NCBI GenBank assembly: GCA_963848135.1
Contig: CAWKCK010000018.1
Coordinates: 510,938 to 574,937 of the forward strand
Length of the DNA: 64,000 bases
From: an uncultured delta proteobacterium
GTDB lineage: Bacteria; Desulfobacterota; Desulfobacteria; Desulfobacterales; SG8-13
Direction: 5' to 3'
The notes under the pieces were generated by a model. It was given only the letters and a program-made list of their open reading frames with translations. It was not told where the DNA came from and made no database searches. How positions within the stretch are numbered: the stretch's first letter is position 1; every line of letters starts with the position of its first letter. Of the stretch, positions 40,484 to 50,391 are shown piece by piece. A program made the translations under genes and the position numbers.

Positions 40484-40639
40484 CCATTATTAATAGAAAT
40501 AATAGGTTTTATGTCGTACAGCTTGCCAGTCTCGTAACTATCGAAAATAGCGTTGAAACTGAATATACTTTCTGAGTATCATTGGTTTACCTCGGGATTT
40601 CCCCGATTGTCAAACATCAATAACCAAAGGAGGTAAACC

Positions 40640-41477
40640 ATGAAAGTGGCCAAAGCCGCGAGAATCTGGATCGATTGCCACAAAGCCCACTCGGAAAAAA
40701 AATACCGTACGGTCATACTGGTCAGTTATTGACCGATTCTGCCAGGAGTTCGGTGATGCAGGGATTGAACAGGTTACACCGGATGATGTCCTTTCCTTTC
40801 TGAACAGCTTTACCAACGGTAACAAGCCCTAGACAAAGCGAGTCCGTTATTCCCACCTGTCCGCCTTTTTCAATTTTTTCCGCAATAACGTCGACCCCGA
40901 CATAGGCAATCCGTGTGACACACCCATGATCCGAAAGCTTTATCGGGAAAGGGTGGTATCAAGATGGAAAATCATCGAAAAAGAGACCGTTGACGAGATC
41001 ATTTTCCGGACTACCAAAATTCGCAATCGATTGATGCTTGAACTGATGGCCCGTGGGGGGATGAGGGTTGGTGAGGTGCTGAAACTCAGATTGAATGACA
41101 TTCAGGATCGAAAGCTGATCCTGCGAGAACCGAAGAGCGGGAAAGAACATATGATTTTTTTTATTCCACAAAAGGTGGCTGATAGACTCCGTGACTACGC
41201 CTCTCAGACTTGTAATAGACCAGATGACCGCATTTTTCCGATTACCTATGCAGCAGCCAGGCTGGTTGTAATAAAAGCGGGAAAGACGGTTGGGATCCAT
41301 TTGAGACCCCATGACCTGCGGCGGCATTCGGCTACTTATGCCTCTCGATCCGGAGCGCCAATCGAAATCGTGAGCAAGGTCATTCTCCGTCACGCAAATC
41401 TTGCAACCACTCAGCGGTATCTTGGAACAATCAGTGATACAGAGGCGATGAGGTGGATTGAAAACCTATATTGCTAA
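40640..41477 (+). pseudogene. Tyrosine recombinase C; frame change at the A8 run (40695-702) and in-frame TAG (40830)
   Basis: GGAGG RBS, MKVAKAARIW.., then NTVRSYW..NKP*TKR..; GMRVGE, HDLRRH, LRH, QRY. Confidence 0.85.
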
Positions 41478-41482
41478 ACGAA

Positions 41483-41513
41483 AGGGGTGAATCCCTTGGT
41501 TGGCTTCACCCCT
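41483..41513 (+). terminator. Hairpin after recombinase C
   Basis: AGGGGTGAA..TTCACCCCT. Confidence 0.55.
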
Positions 41514-41523
41514 CTATTCGTTA

Positions 41524-41584
41524 GATACCGGTTGGCTATCTCAAGCAAACCGGCCAGATGATAGCTCAAAGGTCATAGCAGATA
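41524..41584. repeat. Repeated site G, right half (left half at 40522-40542)
   Basis: GATA-N6-GGCTATCTCAAGCAAA.CGGCC..GATAG-N10-ATAGCAGATA, nearly identical to 25853-25913. Confidence 0.8.
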
Positions 41585-41874
41585 TTATTTTTTCAACCTT
41601 TTCAACCGAACCGACGATATCTGTACTTTTGAGGCGAGCAATTTATGCCAGATTACCATATGATATTCACAGTAATTGGCCATTGAACGTTAATAGCCGA
41701 AATCTACAATTGTTATTGATTGTGTATTATACAGGCTAATAAAATACCGAACCCAATCCATTGATTTTATAGCCTTCACGCCGTGGCGTCACCGGCACGA
41801 TCAGAATCGCCTGTCTTCCCGTTCAGTGTTAGATATTCGATGTTGGGGGCTGACGGTATTATAGTACATAGAAT

Positions 41875-42645
41875 TTAGAGTCGAAACTTGACCCCGATAA
41901 ACGGGCCGTGCAGGGTCAGATCTTCGAACGCGTTGCTGTCATCAAAATTCCATTCCATGTAACGATAGGCCAGGATGAGATCGAGCCACTTGAACCGGTA
42001 GCCAATGCCCCCGAATAACTGCCAGGTAATATTCGAACTTCCGGTACCGATATCTGCATAGTAGGGCAGATACCAGTTCTTGTTGAGATTGACTTGCCCT
42101 CTGATGCCGACAATGCCGTCCCATATGGAGTCTGATACGGTGTCGCGTTTTTGAATGGGGGGAAGAGGAGCACTAAAATTGAACTTCGCATCGGTCTTAA
42201 GATAGAGATAGCGGGCGCCGGCCAAAACATCCAAATAGATCCTTTCTGTCTTGAAAAGATTGTAGCCGACTGACGGCGTGAAGACCCAGGCTGTCAACTC
42301 CAACGAGCCATTGATATCGAGAAGAAGCTCATCGACGGGTATCGTGACGCTTCCTGTGCCTTTTACGTCCATGTAGATCGCATCCAGCATCAGAGACCAT
42401 TTGCCCTTGCGCACCCCGACCGCACCCATGAAGGCCATTTCAAGATTGCTGAGAAGATCGTCGAAACTGATGTCTATATCACCTCCGGTGCCCGTCTTGC
42501 CACCGATCGAAGCGCCCCATAGGTAAATTGCGGCATCGAACTCCCATTTTTCGGATTGAGCCGTTTCCTCGGCTGCCGCGATTCCGTAAAAACTGGCGGC
42601 AAGAGCAATAAGCAGAAGGACTAACAGGACTTTTCTTTTCATCAT
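41875..42645 (-). CDS. Outer-membrane beta-barrel protein
   Basis: Signal peptide, amphipathic strands, C-terminal GPFIGVKFRL. Confidence 0.75.
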   Translation of the reverse strand: MMKRKVLLVLLLIALAASFYGIAAAEETAQSEKWEFDAAIYLWGASIGGKTGTGGDIDISFDDLLSNLEMAFMGAVGVRKGKWSLMLDAIYMDVKGTGSVTIPVDELLLDINGSLELTAWVFTPSVGYNLFKTERIYLDVLAGARYLYLKTDAKFNFSAPLPPIQKRDTVSDSIWDGIVGIRGQVNLNKNWYLPYYADIGTGSSNITWQLFGGIGYRFKWLDLILAYRYMEWNFDDSNAFEDLTLHGPFIGVKFRL

Positions 42646-42685
42646 TTCAATCTCTCCTTCTTAGTGATTGTATCCAGAGGTACAG

Positions 42686-44032
42686 TTATTTGACCCGTCC
42701 ATTGGTGCGTTTCAAAAAAGCCTGAAATTCGGGCGACCCGCGCAGCACTTCACCGGCAGCCTTAATGAGCAGGTCCACCGCATCGTCATCGAGATCGAAA
42801 TTCGTGCCGATGTCGTTGAGTGCTTGACGCTGATCCACGTCGTCAATCACATTGAAGCTTACCTCGACGAAATCGAAGGTGACCGGGCGCTGAGGGGTCG
42901 AAGCCTTCTTGGTCCAATATTCAAAGGAGTAACGCACGATATCGATCGTATCGTAGTTGTACCGGCCGATCTGATCCGAGCTGATCGCGCCGATCGTCTC
43001 CGCGAGCCCCGGGGCGGCTCTTTCGAGAGGCCAATTCTCCTTCTTGTGCGCAAACGAGTTGACCGAGATGATCAGAACGTGCCGCACGTCGGAGTGACCG
43101 AGCTCGCGAAACGTCTGCCGGGGGTCACCCTCGAGGCTAAAGGTCGTGTAATAGGCCCTCAAGCCCAGGTTGTCGGCAATGCCGCCGTCCACCAGGTGGA
43201 TCCACGGCCGCTTTTTATCGTCCATATAACTGATCAGGCCGCGCGCCTCGGCTTTGCGAGTGGACACCCTCTCATCCTTCTCGGCTTCGTGCAACCACGC
43301 CGGCAGTTCAAACCCGCAGGTCCCGGCATAGCTTTTGACAGTGATGGGGGTGAAGAGAACCGGCACGGCCGAGGAAGCCGTCACCGCCCGCGACAGGGGG
43401 TATTGATTAAGGTCGGCGCAAATAAGATCGAAGTACGCCGGGGTGAATGCGAAACGCATCCCGGTGGCCAGGTCGGTGGCGTTGATCACCACCGCCGGAG
43501 CTCCCGGCCGCTTGAGGTCCGCAATGGTCGCTCCGTCAAAGATATGCTTGCCGTAGTACTCGGCCGCCACATCGCCCCGGCCGTAAATACTGCTCATCTG
43601 CGGTATCCAATTGGCCGGGCTGAGCACCTGGCCGATCAGGGCGCCTTCGACATTTTTACGCAGAAAACGCTCTTCGAACTCCTCGAAGATTTTGTCGCCC
43701 CTTAGCCCGTAATAGGCCGAGGTGAAGCTGCCGCCGGAAACCGAAGAAATGGCGTCCACCTCGTGCAGCAACGATCGTTGACCTTTATCGGTCATCACTT
43801 CGGTGGCGGCGAGCGTTTTGAGAACGCCGTAGGCGAAAGCGGCCGCGCGGGTGCCCCCGCCCGAGAAGCCCACGAGCACGAGCAGGTCGTTCGAGCGCTG
43901 ACTTACAATCTGGCCGGCACCGTGCGGTGTCACTTTGGATATGGGCTTGTCGACCGCAGAAAAATTGGCACAGGCCGTTAACGTCAGCACCAGGCATAGA
44001 AAAGCCAGGGCCTTATCCAATCGTTTCAACAT
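42686..44032 (-). CDS. Patatin-like phospholipase lipoprotein
   Basis: LTAC lipobox, SGGGTRAA, SVSGG, DGGIADNLG. Confidence 0.88.
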   Translation of the reverse strand: MLKRLDKALAFLCLVLTLTACANFSAVDKPISKVTPHGAGQIVSQRSNDLLVLVGFSGGGTRAAAFAYGVLKTLAATEVMTDKGQRSLLHEVDAISSVSGGSFTSAYYGLRGDKIFEEFEERFLRKNVEGALIGQVLSPANWIPQMSSIYGRGDVAAEYYGKHIFDGATIADLKRPGAPAVVINATDLATGMRFAFTPAYFDLICADLNQYPLSRAVTASSAVPVLFTPITVKSYAGTCGFELPAWLHEAEKDERVSTRKAEARGLISYMDDKKRPWIHLVDGGIADNLGLRAYYTTFSLEGDPRQTFRELGHSDVRHVLIISVNSFAHKKENWPLERAAPGLAETIGAISSDQIGRYNYDTIDIVRYSFEYWTKKASTPQRPVTFDFVEVSFNVIDDVDQRQALNDIGTNFDLDDDAVDLLIKAAGEVLRGSPEFQAFLKRTNGRVK

Positions 44033-44083
44033 GGCGACCTCCTTTCCTTTGCTTCATTTGTAATTGTTCATGAAATTTTCGGG

Positions 44084-45550
44084 TTAGAAAGTGAAACGAG
44101 TAGTAAACTGGGTGCGAAAGTCGGTTCCGTCCGCACCGTCCTTGTCCTCCCGTTTGCCCCAAAGTCCCTCCACACCGAGTAGCCAGCGAGAGTTCGGCAC
44201 CCAAACCAGGTTTCCGCTGACGTACTGCGTCTTTTTAAAGGAATCCGGCGGCTGTACAGTCCGGTTGTTCGCCTTGAGGGCGCCGTAGACAAAGACCGAG
44301 TAAAATTGCCGGCTCCACCAGTGCTCATAACTTGCGAAGTAACCGAAAACCGGGATAGCCTCGAGCCTTGTACCGGCGCTGTCGAAGACGGCGTCAGGCG
44401 GTGAATCATTAAAACCACTTCCAATGCCTTCGCCGTATGTGGCGGAGAAGGTCATAAAGTCCTTTTCCGCTATAAATGGCATCCCCACTTTGCCGGAGAC
44501 ACTGCCCCCCCAGGCGAAGGCTGTTTCCGTCGGCCCGTTGTCAAGGCTGGCGCGCAGGTCACGCGCCAGGAATGCGCCCATCAGGTGGACGGGGGCTTGG
44601 TCCCAGACCAGGGAGAGCACACCATCCGGCCAGGCGGTGAGCGCGTCCGCCCCCTGGATGGTGTGGTTGTCGGGCGTTTCCGCGGCCACCATGAGTTTGA
44701 GACCGTCGGTGATCCCCCGGGTCCAGCGCACCAGCGGTTGGCGGGTACCGAAAAAGCTGTTAGGTCCCTGAAAGTCGAGGGTGTCTGGAAACGCTTCGAG
44801 ATCGGAAAACGTCGACCAGGCTTGGCCGGCCAGCAGATCGCCGCCGAAGAGAATGTTGGTTACTTCACCATAGGCTTGACGCAAACGCGGGTCAGGTGTT
44901 GTGCTGGTTGAATCACCAAAAAAATCCATGGACAGGAAAGTGGTCAGCTTATGTTGGTCGATTGGTGTTCGCGTTTCGACATAGAGCCGGCTAGGATTGA
45001 CGCTGAAATGGGTTTGACCGTCGGCACCCTCAACTTTGGTTGCATCCCTGGTCACAATGGCCGAAGTAACAAACTCGCCCGGCGTGCCGATGGCATCGCT
45101 ATCGTGGATCACGTCAAGCTCGGCAAAGCCGCCGATCTTGAAGCGGGTATTCAGACCTTCCACCCCGAAGGACCCTTGCCATTCGTCGTGCGGGTGCTCT
45201 TTATCCCTTCTGGCGGTCTGGGTTTCCGTGCGCCTGCTGGTAACACCCCCAGGCGGTACTGTCGTGGTTTGTTCCACGACGGGCGTCTGGGACGTTTCCT
45301 GGTCTTCGGCCAGCGCTTGCACCTGCCGGCGGAGATCCTGGAGCTGTTTCTGTTGCGCTTCGAGTTGCTCCTGCTGCGTATCCAATTGCTTTTGTTGCAC
45401 GTCAATGATCCGCTGAAGGTTCTGCACCTTTGCAGCATTATCTTTGGGGCCCGAAACGGAATGGTCCACGGCATCCTGTGCGAAAACAGGCGTCGGTAAG
45501 CGAATAGCCAGAACTGAGGCAATTAATAATAAGGGTATCGTGCACCTCAT
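44084..45550 (-). CDS. DcaP-like outer-membrane porin
   Basis: N-terminal coiled coil, PRLRQAY, AGQAWSTF, terminal Phe. Confidence 0.8.
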   Translation of the reverse strand: MRCTIPLLLIASVLAIRLPTPVFAQDAVDHSVSGPKDNAAKVQNLQRIIDVQQKQLDTQQEQLEAQQKQLQDLRRQVQALAEDQETSQTPVVEQTTTVPPGGVTSRRTETQTARRDKEHPHDEWQGSFGVEGLNTRFKIGGFAELDVIHDSDAIGTPGEFVTSAIVTRDATKVEGADGQTHFSVNPSRLYVETRTPIDQHKLTTFLSMDFFGDSTSTTPDPRLRQAYGEVTNILFGGDLLAGQAWSTFSDLEAFPDTLDFQGPNSFFGTRQPLVRWTRGITDGLKLMVAAETPDNHTIQGADALTAWPDGVLSLVWDQAPVHLMGAFLARDLRASLDNGPTETAFAWGGSVSGKVGMPFIAEKDFMTFSATYGEGIGSGFNDSPPDAVFDSAGTRLEAIPVFGYFASYEHWWSRQFYSVFVYGALKANNRTVQPPDSFKKTQYVSGNLVWVPNSRWLLGVEGLWGKREDKDGADGTDFRTQFTTRFTF

Positions 45551-45632
45551 GGCAATACATTCCTTTTTAGTTTGAGAAAGCTACGGACTAAAAAAAGCTT
45601 TCAACGAAATTTAATTCGTTGTGAGTTCAGGA

Positions 45633-46604
45633 TCACTCGAGCCATCCCCGGGTTCTAAAATAAAGATACATGCCGACGGCTATCAGAGCCATAACGACCA
45701 GCGCCACCGGATAGCTGTATGGAAAATGCAGCTCCGGCATCTTGTCGAAATTCATGCCATAGATTCCAGCGATAAATGTTAGCGGCATGAAGATTGCCGA
45801 CAGGATAGTTAGAATCGCCAAGCGGTGGTTGGTTTTTTCCTGCTGGTTCATATCGAAGCGCTGTCGGATGTCTGCAATCGTTTTCTCGAGCCGGTCCACA
45901 TTCTGATTCGCCTCTCGAACATTGCTGGGAGCGAATTGGAATTGCGTCGCCAGTGCCTTCAGATCCAGAATCGGTCGATTGAGACTTCCAATAAGTTCAA
46001 AGCAGCTGAGCTGGGTACCGACAACCGTATCGAGGACGCGTAGCGACCGTTTCTGATCGAGAATCTCATCTGCATCGACACTGTCCGGATCATCGTCCAT
46101 GCGTTCGTCCAGATCAAAAATCGCTTTCTTCAGACCTTCGGATATCTTGAGACTCTTGGCCGATTCCACAAGCAACAGCAAACAAACCAGAGCGGAAATG
46201 GCTGAGTGCGAGTGCGTAAGGGTCAGTTCGGAAGTCAGCCCTTTGATAGTACCATCGAGGCTATCCAGGGGAGCAGAATGAAGGGTAATGACAAGGTTTT
46301 TTACGCAGAGAAAAGACAGGTGAGCGGGTTCCGAATCCACGTCTTGCGGACAAACCGGAAACTTGAAGAACACCTCTTCATGCAACGGGAGATAGCGCGT
46401 CGTCTGACCAGTCTCAAGACAGCATTTCATGGCCAGGTCAGTCAAATTGAAATTGTTTAACCATGCTTCGAGTTGATCGGTATCGAATGCGTGGATGTCG
46501 ACCCAGTAACTTTCCTCACCAAGCCGCCATTGTTCCAAAACAGCATCGGATTCATCCAGAGGGACAAGAGAATCAGCAGAAATGCGATAAGAGGTGATTA
46601 TCAT
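45633..46604 (-). CDS. corA: CorA-family divalent cation transporter
   Basis: PLTFIAGIYGMNF..MPEL. Confidence 0.88.
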   Translation of the reverse strand: MIITSYRISADSLVPLDESDAVLEQWRLGEESYWVDIHAFDTDQLEAWLNNFNLTDLAMKCCLETGQTTRYLPLHEEVFFKFPVCPQDVDSEPAHLSFLCVKNLVITLHSAPLDSLDGTIKGLTSELTLTHSHSAISALVCLLLLVESAKSLKISEGLKKAIFDLDERMDDDPDSVDADEILDQKRSLRVLDTVVGTQLSCFELIGSLNRPILDLKALATQFQFAPSNVREANQNVDRLEKTIADIRQRFDMNQQEKTNHRLAILTILSAIFMPLTFIAGIYGMNFDKMPELHFPYSYPVALVVMALIAVGMYLYFRTRGWLE

Positions 46605-46690
46605 CGATGTTTTCCCTTCCAACGATCGATGTTTCTCCAGCCCTTCGTTTCCTGCCTTGCGGCAGGATTGAAAGTTGACCATTCATCTTA

Positions 46691-47548
46691 TTAACGCCCC
46701 AAACCCTCTCCCAAGTGCACATCCAGTTGGGGAAAGGCAATTACGATACCCGCGTCTTTGAGGCCCCACCAGATCGCCTCGTTGAGGCTTGATTTAAAGA
46801 CTCCCGCAATCCATGGATTTTCAATCCAGACACTGACCTTGTAATTTACCGATGAGGCGCCAAAATCGGTCAAGAGAACTTCAGGGGCGTGCTGGTCGGA
46901 CTGGCCAACCATTTGCGCGCATACCTTTTCAAGAATATTGCGGACTTGATTCAGGTCCGAGGAATAGGAGACCCCGACCGTGGTCCAGACACGGCACACC
47001 GAGTCCCGATAGGTGAAATTGGCGACCCGGGTCTGGACAAGTTGCGAGTTGGGAATCAACAGATCTTTTTCGTCCTTGGTCCTGACAATCGTGGCACGCA
47101 GCCCGATTTGCTTCACCCGGACCATGGCGCCATCGGTCTCAAGAACATCACCGGGGGAAATGGCGCGCTCGAACCGGAGCATCATGCCCGAAATCAGATT
47201 TTCAGAAATATTTTTCATGGCAAACGCCAGGGCCACGGCAAACAAGCCACTGGTGGTAAAAACGGACGACAGGTTGACACCCATCAGGTGAATGGCCAGG
47301 AAAATGGCCGGCACCATTACAACGAAGCGAACCACGCTCTTGTATGTGCGGATGGCACCATCATCACTCGTGTTTTGGTTTCTGAGACGACGATCCACAC
47401 CTCGCTGCAACAGCCGAGTGATCCAAAGAGCCGCCAGGAGGACTATGATTACATGGATCCCCTTAATCCCTATTGTTTCCAGGCGACCCCCATCGATCTG
47501 GCCGATGAATGTTGAGAACCATTCTGATAATGCGTTCATTTCAATCAT
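46691..47548 (-). CDS. MscS-family channel
   Basis: NLISG, GDVLE, IGLRAT, IPNSQL, IAFPQ. Confidence 0.88.
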   Translation of the reverse strand: MIEMNALSEWFSTFIGQIDGGRLETIGIKGIHVIIVLLAALWITRLLQRGVDRRLRNQNTSDDGAIRTYKSVVRFVVMVPAIFLAIHLMGVNLSSVFTTSGLFAVALAFAMKNISENLISGMMLRFERAISPGDVLETDGAMVRVKQIGLRATIVRTKDEKDLLIPNSQLVQTRVANFTYRDSVCRVWTTVGVSYSSDLNQVRNILEKVCAQMVGQSDQHAPEVLLTDFGASSVNYKVSVWIENPWIAGVFKSSLNEAIWWGLKDAGIVIAFPQLDVHLGEGLGR

Positions 47549-47599
47549 TACCCCCGATATCGTTAAGCAGGCGTTGACCGCAACAATCACAATTCCCGA

Positions 47600-48839
47600 T
47601 CACAGGGATGTCTTCGGCCGAATGATCGTGTTGCCGACAAGCAAGCCCGCCGCGATCGTAAACGCGACCACGAACATCTGGACGAACTGCTGCTCACCTG
47701 TGGCGGTCTGACCCGCAGGAAATAGCCGCCAACCCGCGGAATCCGATGCTGCCGCTCACCAGCAAAACAATGGCGGGCAGCAGGACGATGGAAGTGGGGC
47801 GATCGGTTACTTTTCCCCAGATGTTCGCGAAGACGACCGCGATAATGGTGCCGAACAAATTCCCAAGGTTGCCGCCGGCGATCGCGCTGCCGACCAGTAT
47901 CCCGCCGTAGGCGATGCCACAGCCAAGCACCGCCCAGAAAAAATCTTTCGGTGCGGTCTGAAACACCACACACAGGCCGATGATCAGCAGGGGCATAAAC
48001 AACCAGAGCCACTGGGATGCCACCGACGAACCGGCGGTGGTTGGAATCGACCAGAAGAGGTGCACCAGCCTTACACCGAGCCAGGCGCCGGCAAACTGCT
48101 TGACCAGGTAGACCAGCCCGTTCATCAGATTGACCGTGCCGGACACCACCCGCTGGCTCACCAGCTCGATAATCCCGACGCTGATGGAAAACCCCGGGAT
48201 CAGGATGAGAATCGCCGCCAGCGTGACAAGGACGACATTCAATTCCGGCAGCAGGATCTTGGCCAAAGAAGCCAAAACGCCCGCCACAAAGGCACTCGAC
48301 AGCGGCAGCCACTCGGCCGTCCGCACCCCGAAACGACCGGACAACGCCACCATGCCGTAAACCACCAGGCTGAACAGCGCAGAGAGCAGGACATCCCACC
48401 ACCCGCCGGACAGGAGTACGGCAAAACCGGACCCGCAGAATGCATAGCTGGCGGCGTTGGCCAAAACACCCCACGACTGGGGTTGTTTGCCGATTTCGTC
48501 CAGGCGGGCCATCGCCTCCGAAACAGAGACCTGCCCGGCCACAACCGCATCGACAAGCGTGCCGACTTCGGGCAGCTTGGCCAGGTCCAAACCGGTGCCG
48601 GGCATCGTGGCAATATGGTGCCTCTGCCAGGCGCCCTCTTTTTTTGCGAGTGTAAAAACCATTTCCGTAGGCGTGGATCGGAACACGCCGTGGTAACCCA
48701 GTGCAGACGTCAGGCGCGAAAGGTAGGATTCGAGCCGCACCGCATTGGGTCCGTAGCCATGCGCCATCGCGCCCAGCTTAATAATGAACCGGCAGGCCTC
48801 ATCGAAGTCTTTGTCATTGGTTTGGTTTTCAGAAGACAT
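47600..48839 (-). CDS. ThrE-family threonine/serine exporter with a +1 frameshift near 47720
   Basis: ThrE N-terminus and LIPG motif; alternative frame supplies AGQTATGEQQFVQMFVVAFTIAAGLLVGN. Confidence 0.8.
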
Positions 48840-49011
48840 GATTTTCTTTAAATTTTAGAAGTCATTTGTTTATGGGTGGCGATGGCGGGTGGGCATGTCG
48901 TTGATATGTTGTGGCATATGCACCCATTTCCCAATCGTCCATTGCGCCAGCACGCGAATCCACCATCGCCACCGTTCACCGCACCCGGAACAAAGACCCC
49001 GCGAAGCCCCC

Positions 49012-50355
49012 TTATAGTGTGTTTTTGAATACTTTTCCGTCTTTGACGATGAGCTTCAGGTTGTTCTCGAAGTCCTCACAGATGCCGACGTCTTTCAATG
49101 GGTCCTTGTCGTAGACCAGCACGTCGGCCATGGCGCCTCCTTCGATCACGCCCAGCTTCCCGTAGGGATTCCGCTGCCCGCATAGGGCCACAAGGTCGCC
49201 ACTGTTGCCGGTGGCCTGGATCATGATCTCGGCGGAGGTGTACCAGGGCTTCCGGAGAGCGAGGTCTTTGAGCTGGCCTTTTCTGCCCTCGTAGTCGAAC
49301 AGCAAATCGGTTCCGAAAGTCACCGTCACGTTGTATTTCTTTGCCAGCGTGAACATGTTGTCCATACCGGTCAGGGCCAGTTCGAGCTTGGCCTTGCGGA
49401 CCGGATCGGTGTAGATCGGCTTGAGCATGGTCATGACGTAGACCTGGGTGGCGAGGTACGCACCCTTCTCCGCCATCAATTCCATGGCTTCTTCGTCGAT
49501 GAGATGACCGTGCTCGATGGTCTTCGCCCCGGCGTTGATGGATCGCTTGATGCCGACGGGATTGAACACATGCACACAGACATAGGTCCCGTAGTCCTCG
49601 GCGACCTGGACCACCGCTTCGATCTCGTCTTGTGTGTACTCGTTGACGTAAAGGGGGTCTGTATAAGACGAAACGCCCCCGCCGGTGGCAATCTTGATCT
49701 GGGTCGCTCCCAGGTAGAGCTGGTGGCGAGCGACGGCCATCAACTGGTCCCTGCCGTTCGCAAGCGCCCCGAAGTTGAGCTCCGGCAACTCCAAAACTCC
49801 GTTCGGCCCGCCCCATTCTTTGGGTAGGTAGTTGGGATTCCTGAAATCGGTGTGTCCCGAGTACTGTCCGATACAGGCGCCGGAGGGGTAGATCCTGGGG
49901 CCGGGAAGCAGCCCACGGTCGATCGCCATCTTCAGACCGAAGGTGTTGCCGCCGACATCACGAACGGTCGTCACCCCGCGCATGAGCATCTCATCCATTT
50001 CATGGACCATCATGCAGTGCACGTATTGCGACGGCCCGTTCATCATCTCGCCCAACGAGACGCCGGCAATGGCGTGGTAGTGCGTATCGATCAGACCCGG
50101 CGTCAAATACCCCCCCTTGCCGTCGATGACGTGGCCGTAGGCGGCCTCGTCGCTTCCTGCCGGGATGATCTTCTCGATCGAATTGTCCATTAAGACCACA
50201 TCCTGCCCCGTGATCAGGGTGTCCGTGGTTCCGTTGAAAATGCTGACGTTTTTGATCAGCGTCTTGTGGTCCGTGTCGGGGGCGGTGTGTGGACCTTTGT
50301 GAATCGATACATGCTTACGATCATCTTCTGAATGGATGTAATGTGTTGGACTCAT
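49012..50355 (-). CDS. Metal-dependent amidohydrolase (prolidase/ochratoxinase-like)
   Basis: PGLIDTHYH, GVTTVRD, QIK..TGGG, IEHG, FGTD. Confidence 0.88.
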   Translation of the reverse strand: MSPTHYIHSEDDRKHVSIHKGPHTAPDTDHKTLIKNVSIFNGTTDTLITGQDVVLMDNSIEKIIPAGSDEAAYGHVIDGKGGYLTPGLIDTHYHAIAGVSLGEMMNGPSQYVHCMMVHEMDEMLMRGVTTVRDVGGNTFGLKMAIDRGLLPGPRIYPSGACIGQYSGHTDFRNPNYLPKEWGGPNGVLELPELNFGALANGRDQLMAVARHQLYLGATQIKIATGGGVSSYTDPLYVNEYTQDEIEAVVQVAEDYGTYVCVHVFNPVGIKRSINAGAKTIEHGHLIDEEAMELMAEKGAYLATQVYVMTMLKPIYTDPVRKAKLELALTGMDNMFTLAKKYNVTVTFGTDLLFDYEGRKGQLKDLALRKPWYTSAEIMIQATGNSGDLVALCGQRNPYGKLGVIEGGAMADVLVYDKDPLKDVGICEDFENNLKLIVKDGKVFKNTL

Positions 50356-50391
50356 TCTCCATTCCTCCTTGTCTTTTTATTTTCAGGTTAA

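Larger units (their letters stand above)
38407..40521 (+). mobile_element. Two-tyrosine-recombinase element
   Basis: 15-bp terminal IR CTGTACGACATAAAA / TTTTATGTCGTACAG; flanking direct repeat CTTGCCA (38400-06, 40522-28). Confidence 0.85.

Noticed and set aside
40830..40832. In-frame TAG as pyrrolysine
   Set aside because: No Pyl machinery is visible in the window; a nonsense mutation in a mobile gene is simpler.
38495..41477. Three adjacent tyrosine recombinases read as a RIT element
   Set aside because: The IRs and direct repeat enclose only the first two; the third has separate flanking motifs.
42668..43705. 345-aa plus-strand ORF
   Set aside because: Antisense to the patatin gene in GC-rich coding DNA.
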